Shown: positions 41,744-51,447, counted from the first letter of the stretch. The stretch: DNA of 64,000 bases from an uncultured Bacteroidales bacterium (GCA_963828775.1 CAWHGX010000025.1:41377-105376); one strand, 5' to 3'. Notes: a model not told the origin generated them from the letters alone. Made by a program: numbers and translations.

Positions 41744-42828
41744 AGAGAGTGCTTTTTATCGACAGGGATTCTACGATCCTTACCGAACCTGCAAATGGGC
41801 TGGCTGACACTATTGAAGAATTTCAGTTCCTGCCGGGTGTGATCACGGCCCTGTCAAAAATAGTGAAAGAGACCGATTATGAACTGGTAATGGTAACAAA
41901 CCAGGATGGTCTCGGGACAGAGATTTTTCCTGAGGAGATGTTCTGGCCTTCTCATAATAAAATGCTTCAGATACTTAAGGGTGAAGGAATTGAGTTTGCC
42001 GGGATCTTTGTAGACCGGACATTTCCTGAAGAGGATGCTCCAACGAGGAAACCGGGAACTGCGATGCTGACAAAATATCTGGCACAGGGTATAGATCTTA
42101 ATGCATCATATGTAATCGGCGACAGGGTCACTGATTTACAGCTTGCCAGGAATCTTGGATGCAAAGCTTTTTTTGTTAACAGTGAGAAGCATCCTTACGC
42201 AGTTTTAAATACGCTCGACTGGAACGATATCTATCTTTATCTGAAATCAGAACCGAGAAGAGCCCTCAGAGAACGTAAAACAAAAGAGACTTCAGTTGTC
42301 GTGGAATTGAACCTTGACGGATCAGGAAAAAGTGAAATCGAAACAGGGATCGGATTTTTCAATCATATGCTCGAACAGATCCCCAGACATAGCGGGATCG
42401 ATCTGGTAATCAAGGCTGAAGGTGATCTGGGTGTTGATCATCATCACACCATTGAAGATGTGGCAATAGCTTTTGGTGAAGGAATATCGGAAGCTCTGGG
42501 GAGCAAAAAGGGAATTGAGAGGTATGGATTTTTGTTACCGATGGATGATTCCCTTGCACAGGTCGCGATTGATCTCGGCGGCCGTCCATGGCTTGTCTGG
42601 AATGTTGGCTTTAAACATGAAATGACCGGAGAAATCCCGTCGGAAATGTTCTTCCATTTTTTTAAGTCGTTAAGCGACAATGCAGGATTCACCCTGAATA
42701 TCAAAGCGGAGGGAGAGAATGACCATCACAAAATTGAGGCAATCTTCAAAGCATTTTCAAAAGCCCTTAAAATGGCTGTGAAAAAGACTGATAACTTTGA
42801 CCTGCCATCAACCAAGGGCACAGTATGA
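41740..42828 (+). CDS. hisB: Bifunctional histidinol-phosphatase / imidazoleglycerol-phosphate dehydratase
   Basis: 362-aa ORF. The N-terminus is HAD-type (FIDRDSTI), and the C-terminus has IGPD motifs (GVDHHHTIEDVAIAFG, ENDHHKIEA). Confidence 0.9.
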   Translation: MKRVLFIDRDSTILTEPANGLADTIEEFQFLPGVITALSKIVKETDYELVMVTNQDGLGTEIFPEEMFWPSHNKMLQILKGEGIEFAGIFVDRTFPEEDAPTRKPGTAMLTKYLAQGIDLNASYVIGDRVTDLQLARNLGCKAFFVNSEKHPYAVLNTLDWNDIYLYLKSEPRRALRERKTKETSVVVELNLDGSGKSEIETGIGFFNHMLEQIPRHSGIDLVIKAEGDLGVDHHHTIEDVAIAFGEGISEALGSKKGIERYGFLLPMDDSLAQVAIDLGGRPWLVWNVGFKHEMTGEIPSEMFFHFFKSLSDNAGFTLNIKAEGENDHHKIEAIFKAFSKALKMAVKKTDNFDLPSTKGTV

Positions 42829-43403
42829 TAGCAATACTAAAATATAATGCAGGGAATTTCCAATCGGTTCAGACCGCTGTCAGCCGCCTGGGATACGAAA
42901 GCAAAGTGACAGACAACGAGGATGATCTGCTCACAGCCGAGAAAGTCATCATCCCTGGTGTTGGTGAAGCAAGCACAGCCATGAAATACCTGAAAGATAG
43001 AAAGCTGGATCAATTGATCATCTCTCTTAAACAGCCGGTTCTGGGGATTTGCCTGGGATTGCATCTTTTGTGCAGTGTTTCTGACGAAGGTTTTGTAAAA
43101 TGTCTCGGCATTTTTGATGCGGCCGTCAAGAAATTCCCTCCCTTTGATAAAGTACCTCATATGGGCTGGAATAGTTTTTCGGCCTTCAGGGGGATTCTTT
43201 TCCAGGGAATAAGAGCTGATGAGGATGTCTATTATGTTCACAGCTATTATGCTGAAATAACTGATTATACCTCAGCGATCTGCGATTATGTCTTATCGTT
43301 CAGCGCTGCAATGCACAAAGACAACTTCTACGCTGTCCAGTTTCATCCTGAGAAATCGGCTGAAACCGGAGTGAAAATCCTGAAGAATTTCCTTGAGCTA
43401 TGA
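42825..43403 (+). CDS. hisH: Imidazole glycerol phosphate synthase, glutamine amidotransferase subunit
   Basis: 192-aa ORF with the GATase-I motifs GICLGLHLL and VQFHPEKS. Confidence 0.9.
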   Translation: MIAILKYNAGNFQSVQTAVSRLGYESKVTDNEDDLLTAEKVIIPGVGEASTAMKYLKDRKLDQLIISLKQPVLGICLGLHLLCSVSDEGFVKCLGIFDAAVKKFPPFDKVPHMGWNSFSAFRGILFQGIRADEDVYYVHSYYAEITDYTSAICDYVLSFSAAMHKDNFYAVQFHPEKSAETGVKILKNFLEL

Positions 43404-44113
43404 GGATCATTATTGCAATCGATATTATCGGAGGGAAATGCGTCAGACTTACAAGGGGTGATTTTTCCACAAAAAAGATCTACAGTGCGAATCCCCTGGA
43501 AGTCGCAAGGCAGATTGAAGATCACGGAATTAAATATATCCATTTGGTCGACCTTGACGGTGCACTAAACAAACGTGTTATTAATTACAGAACTCTGGAA
43601 AAAATCGCTTCATTGACGACACTTGAAATAGACTTCGGCGGAGGTATCAGATCAGAGGATGACCTGAATATTGCATTTGCCAGCGGTGCGAGGCAGATCA
43701 CCTGCGGGAGCATTTCCGTTTCAAACAGGAATCTCTTCCTCGGATGGCTGGCAAAATGGGGACCGGAGAAGATCATTCTTGGAGCAGACTGCCATGACCG
43801 GAAAGTTGCTACCGAGGGCTGGGTTGAAAGTTCGGATTCTGATATTATCAAATTCATTTCAGATTACCGGTCAAAGGGTGTCAGATACACTATCTGCACT
43901 GACATTGAAAAGGATGGAATGCTTCAGGGACCGTCAACCGACCTGTATAAAGAGATACTTGAATTTAATGATATAAATCTGATTGCCAGCGGAGGTGTCT
44001 CTTCTGTAAGGGATATAAAGGAACTGTCGCAAATTGGCTGTGAAGGAACCATTATCGGAAAGGCGCTGTATGAAGGAATTCTGAGTTTAAAAGATATCGG
44101 CAAGCTATGTTGA
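43400..44113 (+). CDS. hisA: ProFAR isomerase
   Basis: 237-aa ORF starting [17 protein letters not shown], with GGGIRS and GKALYEG. Confidence 0.9.
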   Translation: MRIIIAIDIIGGKCVRLTRGDFSTKKIYSANPLEVARQIEDHGIKYIHLVDLDGALNKRVINYRTLEKIASLTTLEIDFGGGIRSEDDLNIAFASGARQITCGSISVSNRNLFLGWLAKWGPEKIILGADCHDRKVATEGWVESSDSDIIKFISDYRSKGVRYTICTDIEKDGMLQGPSTDLYKEILEFNDINLIASGGVSSVRDIKELSQIGCEGTIIGKALYEGILSLKDIGKLC

Positions 44114-44862
44114 AGAAAAGAATTATTCCATGTCTTGATATAAAAGACGGAAGGACAGTCAAGGGAGTCAATTTTATTGATATCCGCGATGCCGGCGATC
44201 CGGTTGAACTGGCAAAAAAATACGTCGAACAAAGGGCCGATGAACTGGTTTTCCTGGATATTACAGCAACAATTGAAAAAAGGAAGACCTTTGCGGAACT
44301 CGTCGTGAGAATTGCTTCGGAGATCAATATTCCGTTTACCGTCGGCGGGGGTATCGAAACAATTGATGATGCAGCACTTCTGATCAAAGCCGGAGCAGAC
44401 AAGATCAGCATCAATACATCTGCATTCAGAAATCCGTATTTAATAACTAAGATCGCAAAGCAGTTCGGCAGTCAGTGTGTTGTTGTTGCAATTGATACAC
44501 GTCTCGAAAACAATGAGTGGATTGTAAATATAGATGCCGGCCGCACTCCTACCGGCATAAAAACGCTGGACTGGGCGTTGAAGGCAGAAAAGTTTGGGGC
44601 TGGTGAAATACTGCTTACCTCGATGAATGCTGACGGGACAAAATCAGGATTTTCCATTGAGATCACCAGAGAGGTGAGCAAAAATCTGAATATTCCTGTA
44701 ATTGCATCAGGAGGAGCAGGGTCGATGGAACACTTCCGGGAAGTCTTCACCAAAACCACATGCAGTGCAGCCCTGGCAGCAAGTATTTTTCATTTTGGGG
44801 AAATATCAATCCCGGAACTTAAGGAGTATCTGGTTCAAAGAGGGATCAATGTAAGAGTATAA
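44107..44862 (+). CDS. hisF: Imidazole glycerol phosphate synthase, cyclase subunit
   Basis: 251-aa ORF with [17 protein letters not shown] and [13 protein letters not shown]. Confidence 0.92.
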   Translation: MLKKRIIPCLDIKDGRTVKGVNFIDIRDAGDPVELAKKYVEQRADELVFLDITATIEKRKTFAELVVRIASEINIPFTVGGGIETIDDAALLIKAGADKISINTSAFRNPYLITKIAKQFGSQCVVVAIDTRLENNEWIVNIDAGRTPTGIKTLDWALKAEKFGAGEILLTSMNADGTKSGFSIEITREVSKNLNIPVIASGGAGSMEHFREVFTKTTCSAALAASIFHFGEISIPELKEYLVQRGINVRV

Positions 44863-44893
44863 GGACTAAAGTCCTTGTTAATGGTACTGCAAA

Positions 44894-44917
44894 AACCACG
44901 GCCTTAAGGCCGTGGTT
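44894..44917 (+). other. Perfect 10-bp hairpin in the hisF-hisIE spacer, with a downstream duplicate of its left arm
   Basis: Stem AACCACGGCC / GGCCGTGGTT with loop TTAA. The 10-mer AAAAACCACG occurs at 44891-44900 and again at 44923-44932, 5 nt before the hisIE ATG. Confidence 0.7.
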
Positions 44918-44937
44918 GAAACAAAAACCACGAGAAT

Positions 44938-45529
44938 ATGGATATTGATTTCAAGAAAGGTAATGGCCTTGTGCCTGTTGTGATCCAGGATAATAATACC
45001 CTTCAGGTATTGATGGTGGGCTATATGAATGAAGAGGCGTATTCAAAAACCCTGACAGAAATGAAAGTCACATTCTTCAGCCGGAGCAAAAACCGTCTCT
45101 GGACCAAAGGTGAAACTTCAGGTAATTTCCTGTTTGTTAAAGAAATAACAGCTGATTGTGACCTCGATGCTTTACTGATTAAGGTCAAGCCGGCCGGACC
45201 TGTCTGTCACTCCGGCAAAAAATCATGCTTCGGAGAGGAAACATCCAAAGGATTTATTTATGAGCTGGAGCAAGTTATCAATCAAAGGATTGATGATGAT
45301 GTGCAGGATTCATATACCAACAGGTTACATAAAAAGGGGATAAACAAAGTTGCCCAGAAAGTCGGCGAGGAGGCTGTGGAACTGGTTATCGAAGCCAAGG
45401 ATAATAACCAGGAACTGTTTGAAAATGAAGCTGCGGATCTTGTTATATCATCTCCTGATCCTGTTTAAAGCAAAAAAAGTAACCTTCTCGGATATTGAAG
45501 AAATTCTTCAATCGCGGCACAAGTTGTAA
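44938..45529 (+). pseudogene. hisIE: Bifunctional phosphoribosyl-AMP cyclohydrolase / phosphoribosyl-ATP pyrophosphatase, C-terminal frameshift
   Basis: ORF 44938..45468 ends ..EAADLVISSPDPV*. A 1-nt shift near 45436-45444 gives the conserved HisE tail ..EAADLLYHLLILFKAKKVTFSDIEEILQSRHKL* (stop 45527-45529). Confidence 0.85.
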
Positions 45530-45556
45530 AACGATATTCCTCTGTAGCTCTATTTT

Positions 45557-45632
45557 TTGCCCCTAAATCCTCTAAAGGGGACTTATTGAATAACAGGCAT
45601 TTATCAAGCCCCCTTTAGGGGGTTGGGGGCAA
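45557..45632 (+). repeat. C-run/G-run nested-hairpin intergenic element (copy E2)
   Basis: TTGCCCC-TAAA-TCCTC-TAAA-GGGGA-CTTATTGAATAACAGGCATTTATCAA-GCCCCC-TTTA-GGGGG-TT-GGGGGCAA. The outer 7-bp stem is TTGCCCC/GGGGCAA. Confidence 0.7.
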
Positions 45633-45639
45633 GAACTTA

Positions 45640-45686
45640 CACAGAGGGACACAGAGAATGAGCACAGAGAGGCACAGAGCACAGAG
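45640..45686. repeat. Five direct copies of CACAGAG
   Basis: Copies are at 45640, 45650, 45663, 45673 and 45680 (spacings 10, 13, 10 and 7). The array lies between element E2 and the aro promoter candidate. Confidence 0.85.
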
Positions 45687-45733
45687 ATAAAAATTGAAAA
45701 AATTCACCAAATAGTAATATTTTTTGATATTTA

Positions 45734-45764
45734 TTTGTGTTTTTTAATTTTTAAATTACTTTTG
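45734..45764 (+). promoter_or_regulatory. Bacteroidota-type promoter candidate for the aromatic unit (-33 TTTG, -7 TACTTTTG)
   Basis: TTTG at 45734-45737 is followed after a 19-nt spacer by TACTTTTG at 45757-45764. The -7 box ends 21 nt upstream of the leader ATG. Confidence 0.5.
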
Positions 45765-45784
45765 TAAGCCAATAAAACGAAACA

Positions 45785-45850
45785 ATGAATATTGTATACA
45801 ATTATTTCTTCTCTTATTTCTGGTTCTTTTTTTATTACAAAAAGAGATAA
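45785..45850 (+). promoter_or_regulatory. Phe/Tyr(/Trp)-rich leader peptide ORF (aromatic attenuator)
   Basis: ATG 45785 .. TAA 45848-45850 encodes MNIVYNYFFSYFWFFFYYKKR, with 6 Phe, 5 Tyr and 1 Trp in 21 codons. Confidence 0.75.
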
Positions 45851-45890
45851 GGGGATTTTTGTATACAGATAAGAAATCATATATGAAAGC

Positions 45891-45924
45891 AAGGGTCCCC
45901 GGGAAGGGACCCTTTCTTATTATT
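45891..45924 (+). terminator. Intrinsic terminator of the aromatic attenuator
   Basis: Stem AAGGGTCCC (45891-45899) / GGGACCCTT (45906-45914) with a 6-nt loop, followed by TCTTATTATT. It ends 15 nt before the pheA ATG. Confidence 0.65.
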
Positions 45925-45938
45925 AATACATTCAGAAG

Positions 45939-46769
45939 ATGAAAATTGCAATTCAGGGAGAAAAGGGTTGTTTTCACGAAGTGGCAGCGCGACAATATTT
46001 CAGTGATGACAAAATTGAAATTGTGCCCTGCTCAACATTTGACATGACCCTAAATTCCGTTTTGGAGGGCAAATCCGATCTGGCGATCATGGCCATTGAA
46101 AATGCCCGGTCAGGAAGCATTCTGTATAATTATTCCCTCATCAGGGAATCGGGATTGAAAATTCTTGGTGAACATAATCTCAGGATCAGGCAGAACCTGA
46201 TGGCTTTCCCGGGGCAGACAATTCACGATATACGGCAGATCAGGTCGCATCCGATAGCCCTGGCGCAATGTATGACATTCCTGAATCAGTATCCGGGTAT
46301 TACACTTGTTGAATCGGATGATACCGCAGGGAGCGCTAAGCTGATAGCGGAACACAGATTGAAGAAAATCGGTGCTATAGCTCCCGCAAGTGCAGCTGAA
46401 ATATATGGACTCGAGATCCTTGCTCCAGGAATAGAAACCTATAAGAAAAACTACACAAGGTTCCTTGTAATCGGAAGCCAGGAAAAAGGTACCGGAGAAG
46501 GGAATAAAGTTTCAGTCTGTTTTGCTACGGGACATAAACCCGGATCACTTGCGGCAGTACTTGTAAAGCTTGCAGAGATGAATATTAATCTTTCCAAAAT
46601 CCAATCGGTTCCCCGCCTGAACGGTGAGTGGGAATATATGTTCTATTGCGATCTGGAACTGCCTGAAAATTCCAACCTTCGGTTGATTGAATCTGTTCTG
46701 TCAAAGCATTCAAGCAATCTGGAGTTTCTTGGTGTTTACAATAAAGGAGATATGCTTTATGAAAGTTAA
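45939..46769 (+). CDS. pheA: Prephenate dehydratase
   Basis: 276-aa ORF starting MKIAIQGEKGCFHE. It has the PDT domain and a C-terminal ACT domain (..FYCDLE..). Confidence 0.88.
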   Translation: MKIAIQGEKGCFHEVAARQYFSDDKIEIVPCSTFDMTLNSVLEGKSDLAIMAIENARSGSILYNYSLIRESGLKILGEHNLRIRQNLMAFPGQTIHDIRQIRSHPIALAQCMTFLNQYPGITLVESDDTAGSAKLIAEHRLKKIGAIAPASAAEIYGLEILAPGIETYKKNYTRFLVIGSQEKGTGEGNKVSVCFATGHKPGSLAAVLVKLAEMNINLSKIQSVPRLNGEWEYMFYCDLELPENSNLRLIESVLSKHSSNLEFLGVYNKGDMLYES

Positions 46770-47932
46770 ACCTGCTGATCGAATCAATACTATCGAGGAA
46801 TACTATTTTTCCCGGAAGCTTCGGCAGATTGACCAGATGCGTAATGCCGGAGCTGATATTATCAGTCTTGGAATAGGAAGTCCTGATCAGCCGCCTTCGG
46901 ATAATACTATCAGACGTCTTGCTGATGAAGCCCATAAACCAGGTGTGCACGGATACCAGAGTTATGCTGGAAATCCGGCTTTGCGAAAAGCTTTTTCTGA
47001 CTGGTATTTTAAATATTTCAAAGTCAGGCTGGATCCTGAAAATGAAATACTGCCTCTTATGGGAAGCAAGGAAGGTATTATGCATATCAGCATGGCCTTT
47101 GTTAATACCGGAGATGAAGTCCTTGTTCCAAATCCGGGGTATCCCACTTATTCTTCAGTGACAAACCTGGTTGGCGGCAAAATAAGATATTATGATCTCG
47201 ATGAGAAAAACGGCTGGTATCCTGATCTTGAAACGCTTGAAAGAAGCGATCTTGGAAAAGTAAAACTCATGTGGACAAACTACCCCCACATGCCAACCGG
47301 TACAAAAGCTTCTGCAGAGTTGTTCAGACAGCTGGTTGCATTTTCCGCGGATCATGGCATCCTTTTATGCAATGATAATCCCTACAGCTTCATACTGAAT
47401 CAGGAATATCTCAGTCTGCTGGCTGCAGAGGGTGCCATGGAAACGGCAATAGAACTCAATTCATTGAGCAAGTCGCATAATATGGCAGGCTGGAGAATAG
47501 GGATGGTAGCTGGCCACAGAGATTACATCAAAAACATCCTGAAAGTGAAAAGTAACATGGATTCAGGAATGTTCCTGCCCCTTCAGCTGGCAGCGGTCGA
47601 AGCCCTCAATAATCCCCCTTCGTGGTATGACACTGTGAATAAAGTATATAAGGAACGCCGGAAAACTGCCGAATCAATAATGGATCTCCTGAGGTGCAGA
47701 TTCAGCAAAGAACAGACCGGTCTCTTTGTCTGGGGACGTATCCCTGATGAAATCGAAAATTGCGAAGCATTTGTCGAAGAGATACTCAATAAAGCTCATG
47801 TATTTATTAACCCCGGGATTCATTTTCGGAAGCCAGGGAGATCGGTATATACGTATTTCTTTGTGCGCTGATAATGAAAGACTTGAGGAAGCAAGGCAAA
47901 GAATAAAAAACCTTTTTCACAGCAACCAGTAA
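46759..47932 (+). pseudogene. Class I/II PLP-dependent aminotransferase (probable aromatic/prephenate aminotransferase), C-terminal frameshift
   Basis: The likely start is ATG 46759 (MKVKPADRINTIEEYYF), overlapping the pheA end; the track start 46687 is an in-frame upstream extension. The PLP-lysine motif is NSLSKSHNMAGWR. Dropping one C from CCCC (47811-47814) gives ..HVFINPGFIFGSQGDRYIRISLCADNERLEEARQRIKNL.. (stop 47930-47932). Confidence 0.85.
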
Positions 47933-47995
47933 CAAGCAACCAGTAACAAGCAACAAATATTTACCAATTACCAATAACTAATTACCAATCACCAT
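47921..47995. repeat. Tandem 14-mer (AGCAACCAGTAACA x about 2.4) followed by tandem 7-mer (TTACCAA-like x5)
   Basis: 14-mers are at 47921 and 47935, with a degenerate third at 47949. 7-mers are at 47961, 47968, 47975, 47982 and 47989. Together they fill the aminotransferase-tyrA spacer and overlap the last 4 codons of the upstream gene. Confidence 0.85.
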
Positions 47996-47996
47996 A

Positions 47997-48842
47997 ATGA
48001 CAATAGCTGCAGTAGGTCTCGGCCTGATAGGAGGCTCATTAATGATCGATCTCCGCAAACGCGGATTTGCTGATAAGATAATAGGAGTTGATTCAAATCT
48101 TCAACACAGGAATATTGCACAGTTATGCGGATTGGTTGACGAAACTGATACTCTTGATAATGCGGTTGACAGGAGTGATCTTATAATTCTCAGCACTCCT
48201 GTGGATACTAACTGTGAAATGCTGCCGGAAATACTTGACAGGATAGCAGGAACATCAAAAGTAGTAACTGATATGGGTTCGACGAAAGGGGAAATAGCAA
48301 AAATATCTGAACATCATGCCGGCAGGGGACGATATGTCGCATTGCACCCTATGGCCGGAACAGAATTTTCGGGCCCTCTGGCTGCCATCGGCAGGCTTTT
48401 TGACTATAAGAATGTGATCATATGTGATCCTGAACTGAGCGATAAAGATGCTCTTGGTACCGTTGAAAAAATGGTTGATATCCTGAATATGAGGAAGGTA
48501 TATATGAACTCAAGCGATCATGACGTCCATGTGGCTTACGTATCACATATTTCCCATATTACTTCATTTTCCCTCGCCCTGAGTGTCCTCGATAAAGAAC
48601 GGGAAGAGCAGAATATCCTTACTCTTGCCGGCGGAGGTTTTGAAAGTACAGTTCGTCTTGCCAAGAGTAACGGAGACACCTGGGCTCCGATCTTTCTGGA
48701 GAATTCCCGGTTCATCATTGAAGTGATAGACAACTATATCGAAAAGATGAACCTCTTCAGAAAAATGATTTCAGAAAAGGATAAAGATGGTCTGAAAGCT
48801 CTTATGGAAGAGGCAAACAAAATAAGAAAGATATTAAACTAA
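47997..48842 (+). CDS. tyrA: Prephenate dehydrogenase
   Basis: 281-aa ORF with the Rossmann motif VGLGLIGGS and HPMAGTE. Confidence 0.88.
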   Translation: MTIAAVGLGLIGGSLMIDLRKRGFADKIIGVDSNLQHRNIAQLCGLVDETDTLDNAVDRSDLIILSTPVDTNCEMLPEILDRIAGTSKVVTDMGSTKGEIAKISEHHAGRGRYVALHPMAGTEFSGPLAAIGRLFDYKNVIICDPELSDKDALGTVEKMVDILNMRKVYMNSSDHDVHVAYVSHISHITSFSLALSVLDKEREEQNILTLAGGGFESTVRLAKSNGDTWAPIFLENSRFIIEVIDNYIEKMNLFRKMISEKDKDGLKALMEEANKIRKILN

Positions 48843-48854
48843 TAATAATGTGTT

Positions 48855-49970
48855 ATGGTATTGGAATTAAAAACATACCTGGCAAAAGAGTGGAAAGGCT
48901 ATAAGGCCAGACCATTTCTTATCTCCGGTCCCTGCAGTGCCGAAACAGAGGAACAGGTTATGGCAACTGCCACCCAGCTGGCTCAGATAAAAGAGGTCAG
49001 TGTATTCCGCGCAGGGATCTGGAAGCCCAGAACCCGTCCAAATTCATTTGAAGGTGTGGGTACCGAGGGACTCAAATGGCTGCGAAACGTAAAAAAGGAA
49101 ACCGGGCTTATGGTTGGGATCGAGGTTGCCAATGAAAAACATGTTTATGAAGCATTGAAGTACGGGATTGATATGCTGTGGATAGGTGCAAGGACTTCTG
49201 TTAATCCTTTCACAGTGCAGGAGATATCGGATGCTTTAAGCGGAGTTGACGTGATGGTCCTTGTTAAAAATCCGATCAATCCTGATCTCGAACTCTGGAT
49301 AGGGGCAATTGAACGGATTGCCAGGGCAGGCATCACCAGACTTGGAGCTATTCATCGGGGATTCTCGACATTCGAAAAGACAATCTACAGGAATCAGCCC
49401 AACTGGCAGCTGCCCATTGAGCTCCGCCGCAGGATACCCGATCTGCCCATCATTTGCGATCCGAGCCATATTTCAGGATCAAGGGAATATCTTTATGAAA
49501 TCTCCCAGAAGGCAATGGATCTTAACTTTGACGGTCTTATGCTTGAATCGCATATTGATCCCGATAAAGCTCTCAGTGATTCTGCTCAGCAGCTTACACC
49601 CAACGATCTGAAGGAGCTGCTGAGCAGACTCGTCCTCCGCAGCCCTGTAACAGATGATCCCAAATTGCTGGATATCCTGGGGGAATTAAGACAGCAGATC
49701 GATGTATTTGATGATACTCTTCTGGATATACTTGAAAAACGGATGAAAGTTGCCGAAACTATCGGGCAGTATAAAAAGGAAAATAATATTACTATCTTGC
49801 AAACAACCCGCTGGGATGAAATCATTAAAAAAGTCCTGATAAACGGACAATCAAAAGGTCTCAGCAGGGATGTAATTGATACCATCTTTAAAGCTATTCA
49901 TCAGGAGTCGATCAATCACCAGATGAAAATTATGAACAATGGTATTGCCAACCACAACACGAATGAATGA
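48855..49970 (+). CDS. Bifunctional 3-deoxy-7-phosphoheptulonate (DAHP) synthase (type I-beta) / chorismate mutase
   Basis: 371-aa ORF. The N-terminal DAHPS/KDO8PS-like barrel has ISGPCSAE and CDPSH. The C-terminal about 90 aa is AroQ-type chorismate mutase (ELRQQIDVFDDTLLDILEKRMKVAETIG). Confidence 0.85.
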   Translation: MVLELKTYLAKEWKGYKARPFLISGPCSAETEEQVMATATQLAQIKEVSVFRAGIWKPRTRPNSFEGVGTEGLKWLRNVKKETGLMVGIEVANEKHVYEALKYGIDMLWIGARTSVNPFTVQEISDALSGVDVMVLVKNPINPDLELWIGAIERIARAGITRLGAIHRGFSTFEKTIYRNQPNWQLPIELRRRIPDLPIICDPSHISGSREYLYEISQKAMDLNFDGLMLESHIDPDKALSDSAQQLTPNDLKELLSRLVLRSPVTDDPKLLDILGELRQQIDVFDDTLLDILEKRMKVAETIGQYKKENNITILQTTRWDEIIKKVLINGQSKGLSRDVIDTIFKAIHQESINHQMKIMNNGIANHNTNE

Positions 49971-49985
49971 AAATCTAAACAGCTT

Positions 49986-51237
49986 ATGGAGAGATCGGTA
50001 GAGCCCTCGTATGTCAGCGGCCGCGTATTAGCACCACCATCAAAGAGCATGACCCAAAGGATCATTGCTGGCGCAATCCTGGCCGAAGGACAAAGCCTCA
50101 TACTGAATCCATCCTATTGCGATGATTCCCTGGCCGCTATGAGTATCGCTGTCAGCCTGGGTGCCAGAGTGGAACCTGAGGCCGATAAGATGAGAATCAC
50201 CGGTTCCGGGGAATTAAAGGAAAGGAAGCTTAATTGCGGCGAATCAGGTCTGGCTATCCGGATGTTCTCTCCAATAGCTGCTTTGTATCCTGAAGAAATC
50301 ATCATGACCGGTTCAGGTTCTCTTAAAAAGAGACCAATGAATATGATCGGGGACGCTTTGAATCAGCTTGGTGTAAAATGCATAACAACTGATGGATATC
50401 TCCCTCTTGGCAGTCCAGGGTCCCATAAAGGGCAGCTATTGTGAAATTGACGGTTCAGTGAGTTCCCAGCTTCTTACCGGTTTACTTATGGCACTGCCTC
50501 TTTCAGATAACGATTCCACAATAAAAGTGAGCAATCTTAAGAGTAAACCCTATATTGACATGACAATCGGCGTGCTCAGGGATTTCGGAATAAAAATTTC
50601 AAATGAGGAATATCAGCTTTTCAGAGTTCCCGGACGCCAGAAATATATTCCGGGAAATTACAAGGTTGAAAGCGACTGGAGCGGAGGTTCATTTCTTCTT
50701 GTGGCCGGAGCTATAAACGGCAATATAAAAGTAAACGGTCTGCATACAGGCAGTTTTCAGAGCGATATGGCAATATTGAAAGCACTTGAGAATGCCGGAG
50801 CGGTTATGAAAATATCAGATGGGCAGATAGAGATATCAAAATCGGTTTTAAAAGCTTTTGAGTTCGATGCCACAGAATCTCCCGACCTCTTCCCTCCCCT
50901 TGTTGCCCTGGCATCATACTGCAATGGTGTAACAAAGTTAAAAGGTGCTGCCCGCCTTTTGCACAAGGAAAGTGATCGCGCAGCTGCTCTTTCGGAGGAG
51001 TTTGGCAAAATGAACATAAATGTTGAATTGAAAGACGATTATTTGCTTGTCACAGGAGGAAAAGTCAAAGGAACAAGAGTAAGTTCCCATGATGATCACC
51101 GTATTGCAATGGCTGCTGCTGTTGCAGCTCTGGGTGCTACAGGACCCGTATATATCAGGGATTCACATTGTGTTGCCAAATCATACCCCGGATTTTTTGA
51201 CGACTTGCGGAAGATTGGAGCAATAGTTCATGAATGA
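49986..51237 (+). pseudogene. aroA: 3-phosphoshikimate 1-carboxyvinyltransferase (EPSP synthase), one frameshift
   Basis: ORFs 49986..50444 (..PPSKSMTQR..) and 50392..51237 (..GSVSSQLLTGLLMALPL.., ..DHRIAMA..) are halves of one EPSPS. The junction ..TTDGYLPL|AVQGPIKGSYCEIDG lies at about 50405-50411 (GG at 50409-50410). Confidence 0.88.
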
Positions 51238-51325
51238 AAAATATTCATACGGATATCAATTTACCATATAATTAACCTTTTATCTTAAAAATCTTTTAAA
51301 AAAATCCCTTTTCTATGCTGGAAAT

Positions 51326-51346
51326 TAAATTTTTTAACTATTTTTG
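51326..51346 (+). promoter_or_regulatory. -7 box candidates for the trpB2 unit (TAAATTTT 51326-51333; TATTTTTG 51339-51346)
   Basis: The exact consensus box ends only 6 nt before the leader ATG, which would give a leaderless or very short UTR. The near-consensus box lies 18 nt upstream, like the other three units. The two cannot be distinguished by eye. Confidence 0.3.
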
Positions 51347-51351
51347 ATGTC

Positions 51352-51402
51352 ATGATAAAAATAGGATTATATATCTGGTCTTGGTGTAGCGTACAAACAT
51401 AA
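51352..51402 (+). promoter_or_regulatory. Trp-containing leader peptide ORF (Bacteroid-trp-like attenuator)
   Basis: ATG 51352 .. TAA 51400-51402 encodes MIKIGLYIWSWCSVQT, with two TGG codons separated by one codon. Confidence 0.65.
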
Positions 51403-51447
51403 GCTGTGAATAAGGCCGTCATATAATCTTTAAAAAGATATTTACTC

